Shown here: positions 36,911 through 46,900 of the stretch, piece after piece | Position numbering within the stretch: position 1 is the first letter of the stretch | Layout of the letters: each line of letters begins with the position of its first letter | Virus record (IMG/VR): IMGVR_UViG_3300043411_000921 | Span: 177,400-241,399 of that record | DNA: 64,000 nt | Reading direction: 5' to 3' (one strand) | Made by a program: the position numbers and the translations under genes | Notes under the pieces: model-generated | The model's input: only the letters and a program-made list of their open reading frames with translations | What the model was told of the DNA's origin: nothing | The model's database searches: none

Positions 36911-37279
36911 ATGCCTTTATCAGAACTGGCAAAAGACAGAATTGCATACGTTGCTGCGTATGTGCAGGATTCTATTACCGACTGGTTTGTTTTGAAGATT
37001 GAGATTCTAAGAGCATTCGGAAGGTTTGACAGGAAGAAGTTGGGAATGAGCAGGAGACATCCAAGCACGGAGAAGCTGTTTGTCAACGAGGCAGACAGAG
37101 AAATCATGGAGTATTGGGAGCTACTTACGGGGATCAAACCCTTTGTAGACGAGACAAAACTGCATGATCCCAACTGGGTTTACAGGCCATCGGGATGGAG
37201 ACTAGCGGAGATCAATGAAAAACGTAAAGCAGAGCGGGAAGCAGCCAAGTCTTCAAAAAATCATTCTGGAACAGGATGA
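36911..37279 (+). CDS. hypothetical protein divergent from portal
   Basis: ATG at 36911, 5 nt after TACTTA (36900-36905). Confidence 0.6.
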   Translation: MPLSELAKDRIAYVAAYVQDSITDWFVLKIEILRAFGRFDRKKLGMSRRHPSTEKLFVNEADREIMEYWELLTGIKPFVDETKLHDPNWVYRPSGWRLAEINEKRKAEREAAKSSKNHSGTG

Positions 37280-38327
37280 CTACGACTTTGGAGATTATAG
37301 CGATTACGGTTCTGGTTACGGTGGAAGCTATACTGACTCTTCCACACAAGGCTCTGGAAAAGGTCTTGCAAGAATAACAAGCAGAGAAGCTCTCCCAGGA
37401 CTTCTCATGTCTCCAGTTGTTGATGTTGCCAACGCCTTCAAAAAGTTCGGAGCAAAGGTGGGAATAAAGGCTGCTGGAATTGTCGTTTCAACTCTGACTC
37501 AAGCAATTGCTGCTGTTATGCCATTCAACAACCCTCTGTCCGTCGATTATGTGGACAGAAAGTTCCGATTCTGGGACACAAAAGCCCTTGGTTTCATTGA
37601 AAAGCAGTTTGAAAAGGAAACTGCTTTGATGAGGCAGGGCTGGGAAACGTTCAAAACAGATTTCTGGGGCTTGGGATTTGTTGCGTCACCTTATGATATG
37701 ATTGCCGCTGCCATCACCGCAGAAAAAGGAATAGATGCCAGTTTGTCGGTGCTGAACGTCATCACTGGTGGATACGTTGACAAGATGATTGCAAAGGTCT
37801 TGAGGGCGAAGGGTGATCCTGGAACCTTGAAAGGTTATATCCAACGCCACAGTTGGGGACAACGGGCTCAAGAGTTTTCTGATAGCACCTATTACTCTGA
37901 TGATGACTATAACCCCTTCATCAGAGAATCCTCCAGCCAAGACAACTTTGACTCCATGTCTCTTCCAGACAAGATCAATCTCTTGAAAAAAGAATTGGGA
38001 GAAGAGGAAGCCAACAAAGTTTTTGGTGCTGTTGCCAATGATGTGATGAAGAGCCCAGAGGGAGAGGAAGCAGAAAAGAAATGGGTCTCCAGGAACCTGC
38101 CATTGGTCGCTGGGGGGCTTTTTACGGCCCTCGACAAAGATTTGAAGGCAGGAGTAGTTCCAGGTGTTTCTCTGCCACAGATAAAGCTCTGGAAGCGATC
38201 TGCGGGGTCTTTGGCAGAGAAGGCAGTAACAGATGTCATTGCCAAGTCAAAAGTGAAGATTACTCCTCCAGACGGTGCTCTTGAGGCCGTAAAAACCTTT
38301 GTGGACAGGACTGTAACCAAACCATAA
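37215..38327 (+). CDS. hypothetical, putative internal head protein
   Basis: SLQKIILEQ leader; 370 aa. Confidence 0.7.
   Translation: MKNVKQSGKQPSLQKIILEQDDYDFGDYSDYGSGYGGSYTDSSTQGSGKGLARITSREALPGLLMSPVVDVANAFKKFGAKVGIKAAGIVVSTLTQAIAAVMPFNNPLSVDYVDRKFRFWDTKALGFIEKQFEKETALMRQGWETFKTDFWGLGFVASPYDMIAAAITAEKGIDASLSVLNVITGGYVDKMIAKVLRAKGDPGTLKGYIQRHSWGQRAQEFSDSTYYSDDDYNPFIRESSSQDNFDSMSLPDKINLLKKELGEEEANKVFGAVANDVMKSPEGEEAEKKWVSRNLPLVAGGLFTALDKDLKAGVVPGVSLPQIKLWKRSAGSLAEKAVTDVIAKSKVKITPPDGALEAVKTFVDRTVTKP
38100..38204 (+). repeat. family A element, copy 8
   Basis: TGGGGGGCTTTT at 38111; GATAAAGC-TCTGGAAGCGATCT at 38188 (offset 77). Confidence 0.65.
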
Positions 38328-38363
38328 GCTATACAACGTTTTTTCTGTCTTTCTACCATAGGC

Positions 38364-38699
38364 ATGAACATTCCCGGTCAAAACACTGGGAAAAGAGGAT
38401 TTATGCCAAAACGAAGCAAGAAACAAAACGAAGACGTAGCGAATGAGATGCCTGAGAACATTGGGGATCTTAAACCCATTGTAGATGAATTTGTTTCCAG
38501 GATGAAGAATCTGGAGAACGAGGAACAGCTTCTCAAGGAATCAAAGAAAGAGTTGATTGAGGAGTATTCAACCAAGCTGGATACCAAGACTTTGAAGATG
38601 GCTCTTAGGGTTGTTGACGTGAAGTCGAAGGTGCAGCACAAGCATTATTTTGATTTGTTCCTTCGTGTTCTTGAAGGAGATGTGGACGAACAATCATGA
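38364..38699 (+). CDS. GapR (DUF2312)/T4 DsbA-like DNA-binding protein
   Basis: LKPIVDEFVSRMKNLENEEQLLKESKKELIEEY..KLDTKTLKMALRV resembles the DUF2312 pattern. Confidence 0.65.
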   Translation: MNIPGQNTGKRGFMPKRSKKQNEDVANEMPENIGDLKPIVDEFVSRMKNLENEEQLLKESKKELIEEYSTKLDTKTLKMALRVVDVKSKVQHKHYFDLFLRVLEGDVDEQS

Positions 38700-39187
38700 A
38701 GAAGCAGCTTAGGAAGTTGAGTTACATCCCTGAGATTCTTTATGAGGCTCCAAGCCGTCCTGGGGAGAAGGTATCACCTATTCCTTATGTGGTAATTCCG
38801 AAAGACAAGGACATGCCAGCAGGCATCTACATCATGCGTTATTCTCAAACAGGAGAGCGTGAAGTGGGTGATGATGGAAAACCTGAAGAGATCATGGATG
38901 GTCCTTATCCTCACATGTTTGTTGACTTCGCAATCCTTGAAGAAGTTATCCATGAAGAATTCCCAGCCACAAGCTCAGTTGATTCAAGAAAGTTGATTGA
39001 TGCCATTCGCGTTGGTCTTGGATTGCTCCCAGCAGCCAAAGCCAAAAAGGAAGGTGAAGCAATGCTGGATCGTGTTGTTCAAGCAGCAAACAAGATCGTG
39101 GAAGAAAAGATGGCAACTCAACAAGAGCGCAAAGAGTTGTATGAAAAAGTCATTCTTCAGAATGACCAGGAGAAGAAGGGCCAATGA
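38696..39187 (+). CDS. hypothetical protein
   Basis: ATGA-coupled. Confidence 0.7.
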   Translation: MKKQLRKLSYIPEILYEAPSRPGEKVSPIPYVVIPKDKDMPAGIYIMRYSQTGEREVGDDGKPEEIMDGPYPHMFVDFAILEEVIHEEFPATSSVDSRKLIDAIRVGLGLLPAAKAKKEGEAMLDRVVQAANKIVEEKMATQQERKELYEKVILQNDQEKKGQ

Positions 39188-39600
39188 GGTTTCATCCGTC
39201 TGTTGTTGAAAGCATTATCCTTGCTTGCAGGAACTTTGGGGGACATGCTTCCGAAAAGAAGCTCAGGGATGTGCTTTCTGCCAAGAGATATGCCGCATAT
39301 TCTGGTGAACGTTCCGACGTTGTTCTTGTCGATGCCGCAGAATACATGAAGGCGGTAGTTCAGCAAGGAAGAGGTATCAATGGAATTGTTCCAATGTCAC
39401 TTCATACCAATGCGTTTGAAAAGATCATGTACCTGTTTGATCTTTATTCTGGGTATGACAACGAGCAGAAACTAAGGAATGCTTTGGTTGTTTTGGACTT
39501 GACTCCTTATGAGAAGAAGACTGGGCTTGGCAGTGGTGAAACGATTCTTGTTTTGACAGAAGAATACAACCGTGTTCTTCAAGGAGCACCAAAGCGATGA
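39184..39600 (+). CDS. hypothetical protein
   Basis: ATGA-coupled. Confidence 0.7.
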   Translation: MRFHPSVVESIILACRNFGGHASEKKLRDVLSAKRYAAYSGERSDVVLVDAAEYMKAVVQQGRGINGIVPMSLHTNAFEKIMYLFDLYSGYDNEQKLRNALVVLDLTPYEKKTGLGSGETILVLTEEYNRVLQGAPKR

Positions 39601-40142
39601 GTTACTCCATAGGCCAAATCATCTATGTTTTGTCTGAAAAGACCCAAGTGGTTCTACCAGGAATAGTTTGTGAAGAAATCAATCACAAAACACTGGATGG
39701 AATCAAAACGTCTTACCGCGTTGCTATTGGCCCAGCAAACAAACAACGGGTTGTTGATCTTACGACGGTTGATGGTGAGGTCTATGGAGATTTGCAAGAA
39801 GTCAGGAATGTTCTCATTGGACGCTTGACAGCTTTCGTTGACAACCTTTGCAACACCACAAACGAACGTGTTCAGCAATGGTATGGACAAAACAACGGAC
39901 AAAAATCTCAGCCTGCAACGCCAAATGGCAAGCTGGATCCAAGTGATCTCATCAATGAAGTCGATTCCAGCCCGGCACAACCACAACAACAGCAATCTGT
40001 TCAGCAGCCGCGAACTGTCCCAGCACATCATGCGAATGCAGCGGGAAGGTACGCAGATCCAGAACTCTTTTCAAGGGAGTTTGTGGACAATGATGGCGTC
40101 GTGAAGAAAATTCAAATCAACGTTCCAGGATTCCAAGAGTAA
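39597..40142 (+). CDS. hypothetical protein
   Basis: ATGA-coupled; SH3-like start YSIGQIIYV. Confidence 0.7.
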   Translation: MSYSIGQIIYVLSEKTQVVLPGIVCEEINHKTLDGIKTSYRVAIGPANKQRVVDLTTVDGEVYGDLQEVRNVLIGRLTAFVDNLCNTTNERVQQWYGQNNGQKSQPATPNGKLDPSDLINEVDSSPAQPQQQQSVQQPRTVPAHHANAAGRYADPELFSREFVDNDGVVKKIQINVPGFQE

Positions 40143-41881
40143 TGTCAACATCAACAACAGCAACACCTGAAACCTTTCCAGTGATGGAAGTTACGTTTGG
40201 GCAAGAAGGTTTGAAACAGATTCTTGAAGGAGCAGAAGTTCTTTACAAGGCTGTGAAATCGACAATGGGGCCTTCAGGCAACAACGTCATCATTGACAAC
40301 GGACAGACAGCCCCTTTCATAACAAAAGACGGTGTAACTGTCGCAAAAAGCATTCGTCTTCGTTCAAAGATTCCCAGCATTGGTGCTGAACTCATCAAAG
40401 AGATTGCTGGGAAAACAAACGAAAACGTCGGGGACGGAACCACGACTTCTGTGGTTTTAGGTTATTCCCTTCTCTTCCAAGGCAACAAGGTTATTTCCGC
40501 TGGACACTCTGCTGTTGAAGTGAAACGTGGAATGGATCTTGCAACCGCAAAGGTTATTGAATGGTTGAAGGAGCACGCAACTCAAGTCAACGACCCAGAA
40601 CAAATTGTAAATGTTGGAACCATTTCAGCAAATGGTGATCGCTCTATTGGGGAACTTCTTTCCGAAGCAATCTCAAAGGTTGGACAGGATGGCATCATCA
40701 CCATTGAACCAGCTAAATCCGTTAAGACAACTTTGGATGTTGTTGAAGGTTTGCAGTTTGAGTCTGGATTCGTCTCCCCTTACTTCGTCACAAACCAAGA
40801 AAAGCTCACCGCTGAACTAAATGATCCTTTTGTGTTGATCACCAACAGGAAGATTTCCTCTCTCCAAGAAATCCTCCCAGTGCTGGAGTTGACAGCAAAC
40901 ACCAATAAACCCCTGTTGATTATTGCTGACGAGATTGAAGGGGAAGCTCTTCATACGTTGCTTGTAAACAAAATGAAGGGAGTTGTTTTCTCCTGTGCGG
41001 TCAAAGCTCCTTCTTATGGAGAAAACCGAACAGATATTCTCTCAGACATTGCTTTGGTGACTGGAGGGAAGGTCTTTGACTCTTCTTCTGAAAAACAAAT
41101 TCGTCAAGCAAACCTTCACGACCTTGGAAAATGCAAGAAGGTTATTGTTTCGAAGGGAACAACAACACTTGTTGTGGATAACAAGGAGAAGAAGAAAGAG
41201 ATTGATGAGCGTGCAGAACAACTTAGGGCTCTTCTGAATTCTCATGCTGGATTGGATGAACTCAAGAGAGACAACACGAAGAAAAGACTTGCCAAACTTT
41301 CTGGTGGTATTGCCGTCATCAAGGTTGGTGGTTCAACCGAAGTCGAAATCTTTGAGAAGAAAGATCGTGTTGATGACGCTTTGAACGCAACGGTTGCTGC
41401 CGTTCAAGAAGGTATTCTTCCAGGAGGAGGAACAGCATTGTTCTATGCTGCTGAATGGCTCCAGAAAGAAATGACAACAAACGAAGATTTCTTGAAGTTG
41501 ACCGATGATGAATTGGCTGGAGTTAGAGTGGTGATTGAAGCTGCTCGGCAACCCCTGAAAGTTATCGTTGAGAACACAGGAAAAAGCCCAGACGTTGTTA
41601 TGAATGAACTTCGGAACTATGACAACCGCAAGGCAACAAAGCTTCTTGAAGAGATTTCTGGAAAGACTTCAAAATCAATTGAGGTTGTGGATGTTTCGAT
41701 CAAGGAGTCTTTGGCTGGAAGGTTGCGTCAGGGATATGATGCTTACAACCACGTCTATGGAGACATGATTGAAAAAGGCATCATTGATCCTTTAAAGGTT
41801 GAAAGAAGTGCGTTGGAGTATGCTTGTTCGGTTGTGGGACTTCTTCTGACAACGAACGCGATTGTTGTAACTGATCAATGA
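40142..41881 (+). CDS. groEL: chaperonin GroEL
   Basis: TMGPSG, ITKDGVTVAK, GDGTTTS, KAPSYG, RLAKLSGGIAVIKVG, GILPGGG, GIIDPLKV. Confidence 0.97.
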   Translation: MSTSTTATPETFPVMEVTFGQEGLKQILEGAEVLYKAVKSTMGPSGNNVIIDNGQTAPFITKDGVTVAKSIRLRSKIPSIGAELIKEIAGKTNENVGDGTTTSVVLGYSLLFQGNKVISAGHSAVEVKRGMDLATAKVIEWLKEHATQVNDPEQIVNVGTISANGDRSIGELLSEAISKVGQDGIITIEPAKSVKTTLDVVEGLQFESGFVSPYFVTNQEKLTAELNDPFVLITNRKISSLQEILPVLELTANTNKPLLIIADEIEGEALHTLLVNKMKGVVFSCAVKAPSYGENRTDILSDIALVTGGKVFDSSSEKQIRQANLHDLGKCKKVIVSKGTTTLVVDNKEKKKEIDERAEQLRALLNSHAGLDELKRDNTKKRLAKLSGGIAVIKVGGSTEVEIFEKKDRVDDALNATVAAVQEGILPGGGTALFYAAEWLQKEMTTNEDFLKLTDDELAGVRVVIEAARQPLKVIVENTGKSPDVVMNELRNYDNRKATKLLEEISGKTSKSIEVVDVSIKESLAGRLRQGYDAYNHVYGDMIEKGIIDPLKVERSALEYACSVVGLLLTTNAIVVTDQ

Positions 41882-41890
41882 GGAAAAGCT

Positions 41891-42244
41891 GTGGCTATTG
41901 GTGACATTGTAAAAATTGGTTTCGGAAGTGCAATTCATGGGATTGCACCAGACAACGTTCCTGTCTATGATTTGGAAAGAGATCCAGGTGGAAACGTTCG
42001 CTTTGATATGAATGATTGTGCTTTTCCTCGCCCTGTTGGTGGAGTGAAAGGTGGATCTGATGGAAGAATTACTGGAATGCCGATCAGGGTTCAACGCTCT
42101 TACGTTGAACGTATGTCGGGGAATGTGAAGCCTTTGGGTGGTGTTGATTACATCCTTCTCTTCCCTGTTCACATCCTCCAGTACCAACGAGATGCTTATG
42201 TCCAGCAAGATCACGTTCATCTTTTTCAAGGAAGGCAGCAGTAA
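41891..42244 (+). CDS. hypothetical protein
   Basis: GTG start with GAGG RBS. Confidence 0.65.
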   Translation: MAIGDIVKIGFGSAIHGIAPDNVPVYDLERDPGGNVRFDMNDCAFPRPVGGVKGGSDGRITGMPIRVQRSYVERMSGNVKPLGGVDYILLFPVHILQYQRDAYVQQDHVHLFQGRQQ

Positions 42245-42246
42245 TC

Positions 42247-42522
42247 ATGAAGAGTTGCAGCTTTTGTAGGATATTCCCGACCTTGTTTTACTTGGCTGCT
42301 GATGCTTTCCTCTGGTCCACCAATGCACTGTCAACCAGAACAAATCTAGGACTTTCCATCCTGCTTGCTGCTTATGGGTTTGCATACTATGCGAAAACCC
42401 AAGGGGAACAAGAGGAAACAGACCTGACAATTAAATTTGTTCGGGAATTGACCTTTGCCCTTGGGTGCTTGACCTCTGTTCGGGTCATGATCCTCATAAG
42501 CACACTCACCAATATCTCTTAG
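42247..42522 (+). CDS. small membrane protein
   Basis: About three hydrophobic segments. Confidence 0.55.
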   Translation: MKSCSFCRIFPTLFYLAADAFLWSTNALSTRTNLGLSILLAAYGFAYYAKTQGEQEETDLTIKFVRELTFALGCLTSVRVMILISTLTNIS

Positions 42523-42540
42523 TTCCCTTACAATCCTTCC

Positions 42541-42568
42541 TTGGATCCCTCTTCTGGTTATCCTCCAC
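42541..42568 (+). repeat. family B motif, copy 3 (intergenic)
   Basis: TTGGATCCCTCTTCTGGTTATCCTCCAC. Confidence 0.85.
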
Positions 42569-42595
42569 AACCGGGCATCACACCAACGAGAAAAC

Positions 42596-42865
42596 ATGCT
42601 GAAACCAATCACCGAGCAAGAGCGAGCAGCCTTCACCCTCAAATTCCAGTTCCAAAAAGCTGTTGAAGAACTTCTTCTTGAAGCGATTGATGCTGGATAC
42701 CAGGGCTATCTCGATGTTTGGCCTGAGATTTCCAAGTCCAAATCCTCAGAGGTCTGCATGGAAGTCAAATCCAAAAAGATCCCATCTGCTGTCTCCTCCA
42801 AATCCCACCCGGATTGTGCTCGTTATCACGTTGTTCCCAGCAAGGGATACAAGCGAATCTCCTAA
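42596..42865 (+). CDS. hypothetical protein
   Basis: 89-aa ORF. Confidence 0.6.
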   Translation: MLKPITEQERAAFTLKFQFQKAVEELLLEAIDAGYQGYLDVWPEISKSKSSEVCMEVKSKKIPSAVSSKSHPDCARYHVVPSKGYKRIS

Positions 42866-42904
42866 CCCCTTGATCCCAGCCAAAACCGATGCTAGCCACC
42901 TGGA

Positions 42905-43930
42905 GTGAATATGCACACCCAAGGGCAAGCCATCGCATTCATTGAAAGACTTTTTGGTCCAGCCAAGCTGACCAACAATGGTCTCAATGCCAATGTTCAT
43001 TGCCCCATCTGTGCCGATCCAGACCCAAACAAAAAGAAGTTGGCAATCAGGACGGATTGCTGGCTCACCCGATGCTGGGTTTGCAATTTTAAGTCCAAGA
43101 CAATTTATCCTCTCATTCGGCGCTACAAGCCCGAATACGGCGAGGAATTTCTCGTAACGCTAAATGGTGCCTCCTTGGTCTCGGAAGCCGAGGATAATGC
43201 CTCCAGGCTCGATTACGGGGCATCCATTTCACTCCCCGTTGGCTTCCAACTTCTTGCTGAATGGTATGACCAAAAAGGCACCAAGGCAACCGACGTTCCT
43301 CTTCATGTTCGTCAAGCCTTGAGATATCTGACCTCCGAGAGAAAACTTTCAGAACGTGATCTTTGGTACTTCAAATTGGGAGTTACAGTTGTTGACGAAG
43401 ACTACAAAAACAGAATCATCATTCCTTCTCACGACCAAGAAGGAAACCTGAACTTCTTCACGGCAAGGGGCTACAAGACTTTTGTCAAGCCGAAATACTT
43501 TAATCCACTTTTTAGAAGAGAAACGGCTGTGTTTAACGAACTCAACATTGATTGGGAAGACGAACTCACAATTGTTGAAGGTCCATTTGACTTGTTCAAG
43601 GTCAATGACAATGCGACCTGTTTACTGGGGAAGGAATTGACGATTCAGTGTGCTCTCTTCCGACAGATCGTCAAGCATAACACAAGAGTTCTTTTGTGTT
43701 TGGATAATGATGCGGTGAAGCAGACGCTAGAGGTGGCGAAGCTGCTTTATTCGTATGGTATCTCTGTCAGAGTGCTGGAGTTGCCAGATGGTCTGAAGGA
43801 TCCTGGTGACTTGAATTCAAGAGAAGAGTTTCAATCGCTGATTGAAACCAATGCCGTTGAATACAACGAGATGTATTCGTTGAGAAAGAAAGTAGACAAC
43901 ACAAATGCCAAAAATCGCCTTTTTGTCTGA
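42905..43930 (+). CDS. DNA primase (Zn finger plus TOPRIM, gp61/DnaG-like)
   Basis: CPIC..CWVC, YL..R, RIIIP, PKYFNP, VEGPFD, LDND, KDPGD. Confidence 0.9.
   Translation: MNMHTQGQAIAFIERLFGPAKLTNNGLNANVHCPICADPDPNKKKLAIRTDCWLTRCWVCNFKSKTIYPLIRRYKPEYGEEFLVTLNGASLVSEAEDNASRLDYGASISLPVGFQLLAEWYDQKGTKATDVPLHVRQALRYLTSERKLSERDLWYFKLGVTVVDEDYKNRIIIPSHDQEGNLNFFTARGYKTFVKPKYFNPLFRRETAVFNELNIDWEDELTIVEGPFDLFKVNDNATCLLGKELTIQCALFRQIVKHNTRVLLCLDNDAVKQTLEVAKLLYSYGISVRVLELPDGLKDPGDLNSREEFQSLIETNAVEYNEMYSLRKKVDNTNAKNRLFV
43113..43218 (+). repeat. family A element, copy 9 (inside primase)
   Basis: CGGCGC-TACAAGCCCGAA at 43124; GATAATGCC-TCCAGGCTCGATTA at 43202 (offset 78). Confidence 0.55.
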
Positions 43931-46900
43931 TATTCATTGGCGCGGAGTAACGAGGCATGAAGAATATCGTCAGGTATTTTCTCGTGTGTTTGAGACTCTG
44001 AAGACAGAGATCAAGCCTGATTACATCATGATCGGTGGAGATATTTTTCACACCAAGACTCAATCAATCACACCAGAAGTCATTGATTGCATCACCTGGA
44101 TGTTTAGAAGTCTTGCTGAAGTTGCTCCGGTTTACTCCATCCTGGGAAACCACGATGGAAACCTGACCAATGAAAACAGACAAGACACAATCAGCCCAAT
44201 CATCTCAGCAATGAACAATCCCAGAGTCACTCTCTTCAAGAAGAGTGGAAATCACATCATCCCAGGAACCAATATTAACCTGTGTGTGTTTTCTCCGTTC
44301 GACGAAGCTGGCTGGAATATTGTTTCCCCAGATGAAGACCTGATTAACGTCGTGATGTTTCACGGCGCTGTAAAAGGCTGCAAGACCGATTCTGATTGGG
44401 TTATGGCCTCGGGTGAAGTGGAACTCTCAATGTTCCAACCATATGATTTTGCTCTCCTTGGAGACATCCACAAGAATCAATTTTTGGATTATCGGAGCCA
44501 CTCTGGGCCAACAAGGGACATGAAGCCCTGGATTGGTTATCCTGGTTCCCTTATCCAGCAGAATTATGGAGAAGACAGAACGAAGGGGTTTCAGGTTTGG
44601 GATATTCGGTCTAAAACTGATTGGGACGTTTCCTTTCATCCAGTTTCCAACGACTATCAATTTATCACGGTTCCTTGGACAGGGGATGTTGAATCGACTC
44701 TGGGGGAAGCCCTGATTCTTGTTGATGATAACCTGAAAAACAAACGAGTCAGAGTCTCTGGTGGTTCTTCAACCATTTTTCCTTTGCAGAAGAAACAACT
44801 TGCCGATCTTTTCAAAGAGAAGCATGGTGCTGCTGAAATCTTCTTTTCCCCAGACCCCAAGAAGGAAGCAGAGCAAGATGAAAAAAGGATTCAGAGCAAG
44901 ACAACGAGTTTGAGGAATGACCCAGAAGAACTTTGCAGGCTTTATGACACCTTCACTGAAGCAGACACCAAGTCTTCTTCTTTAAGGGAAGATCAGAAGC
45001 AAGCAGCGAAGAAATTCATTCGCTCAACACTGACGAAGGTGAGGAACCAAGAAGAATTGGAAGAGGGAGCGTCCAGGGATATTGTTTGGAGTATCAAGGG
45101 ATTGGAATGGGAGAACCTGTACCGTTATGGAGAAGACGACAACCAAATCAACTTCTCCAGACTGAATGGAATTACAGGGATCTTTTCTCCAAACAGGACT
45201 GGAAAGAGTTCTATTGTTGGAGCGTTGATGTTTGCTCTTTACAACACGACTGATCGTGGTCCTGTGAAGAGTGCTTACCTCATCAACAAAAACAAGAGCA
45301 GTGGTTCTGCCAAGGTTGTTTTCAACGTTGCTGGAGTCGATTATGAACTTGAAAGAACAGTCACAAAATCAATCAAGCGCGGCGGAGTTGTTGATGAAGA
45401 AAAAGCAGCAACAAAACTTTCTCTGAATCGAATTGACAGAGAAGGAAACAAGACCGAGTTGGTATCAGAAAATGCCGATTCCAGAACGGACACGGATAAA
45501 GTTGTTCGCAAACTCATTGGAACATCCCAAGACTTCTTGATGACTGCCTTTGCTTCTCAAGGAGGAATGAATCGCTTCATCGAAGAAGGTTCAACCCAAA
45601 GGAAAGCAATCCTCAATAGATTCTTGGACCTGGATATTTTTGAGAAGCTTCACAAGATTGCAAACGAAGAACTCCAAGCCTGCAACACCAAAGCTTCAAG
45701 TTTTTCTGGTTCTCCAAAAGATATTGAAGCTTTGGAGGAAAAAATTCATCAACTGAATGTGGAGGTAGAGCACGCACAGAGTAAGCTGGATGATAGTAAG
45801 CCAAGGAGGGACTCAGTACGTTTGTGGTTGAAAGCTCATGGATATGAGAAGCGTCTTGAGTTGAAAACCAAGATCAAGCAACTGAATTCTCTTATTCCTT
45901 CACTGGAAAGGAGTTTGGAGTTGGGGAGGGTGGAATATCAACGGCTTCTCTCCTCGCAAGACAGAGTTGCTGCCGAAATGACCTCTCTTGAGAACTCTTT
46001 GTCTTTGGTGGAGGCGGAAACTGTTCTTGCTGAGAAACTGAAAACTCTTAGACATGAGACTTCTGTACTCACTCAATTTCTTGGAGAGTTGACAGCAGCA
46101 CAAAAAGAGTTGGTAAGAAAGGAAGGTAACATCAAAAAGTTGAGTGTTGTTCCTTGTGGAACTTCCTTCCCTTCCTGCCATTACATCAAGGATGCTCACG
46201 AAGATCAAGCAACCATTCAAAAACAAAAACTGCTGGTCGATGAAGAATCCCAAGCCTATGAAACTCAAAAGGCTTTGGTCGAATCCTTGAAAAAGGAGAA
46301 CGCTGAAAAACTCTTGGAGGAGATCAAACAGAAGAAAGGAAGACTCCAGCAAATTGAAATGGAGCAAGTCAGAGTTGAAGCTGCTATCAGTAAAACCAAC
46401 TCAGAAATCTCTGCCCAAGAAATCAAACTCACTTCCTTGAAAGAAGAACTGAAACAGGTTCAAAGTGTTTTGAACAACCAAGAAGACTTGGATGAGAAGA
46501 TTGCCGAAGAGCAAGAACTGGAACAAGAGTGCAAGGTTTGTGAGGACAAACTCAAAACACTCTGGCTCCAGCTTGGAGCAGCTACGAACAAACTAGAGCA
46601 CGCCAAACAAGATGCAACCAAAATTGCTGAGATTCTGGAAGAGCAGCTTGTTTATGACAGCATTGTTCGAGCCTTCTCCAAAACAGGAATCCCAGCCTTT
46701 GTGCTGAAAAACAAACTTCCAGCGATCAATGTCCAGTTGGATGGGATTTTGGGAGGAGTGGTCCCTTTCAGGCTTCAACTGGAAACTGAAATCGGGAGCA
46801 ATGCCTTGGATGTTTTCATAGAGGACAAGGACAGCAGGAGGGTTATTGAGCTTGCTTCGGGCATGGAGAAGATGATTGCCTCTCTTGCTCTTAGAGTGGC

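Noticed and set aside
42558-42569. DnaA boxes in the family B motif (TTATCCTCCACA)
   Set aside because: It has 3 extra bases relative to TTATCCACA and is not clustered as in oriC.
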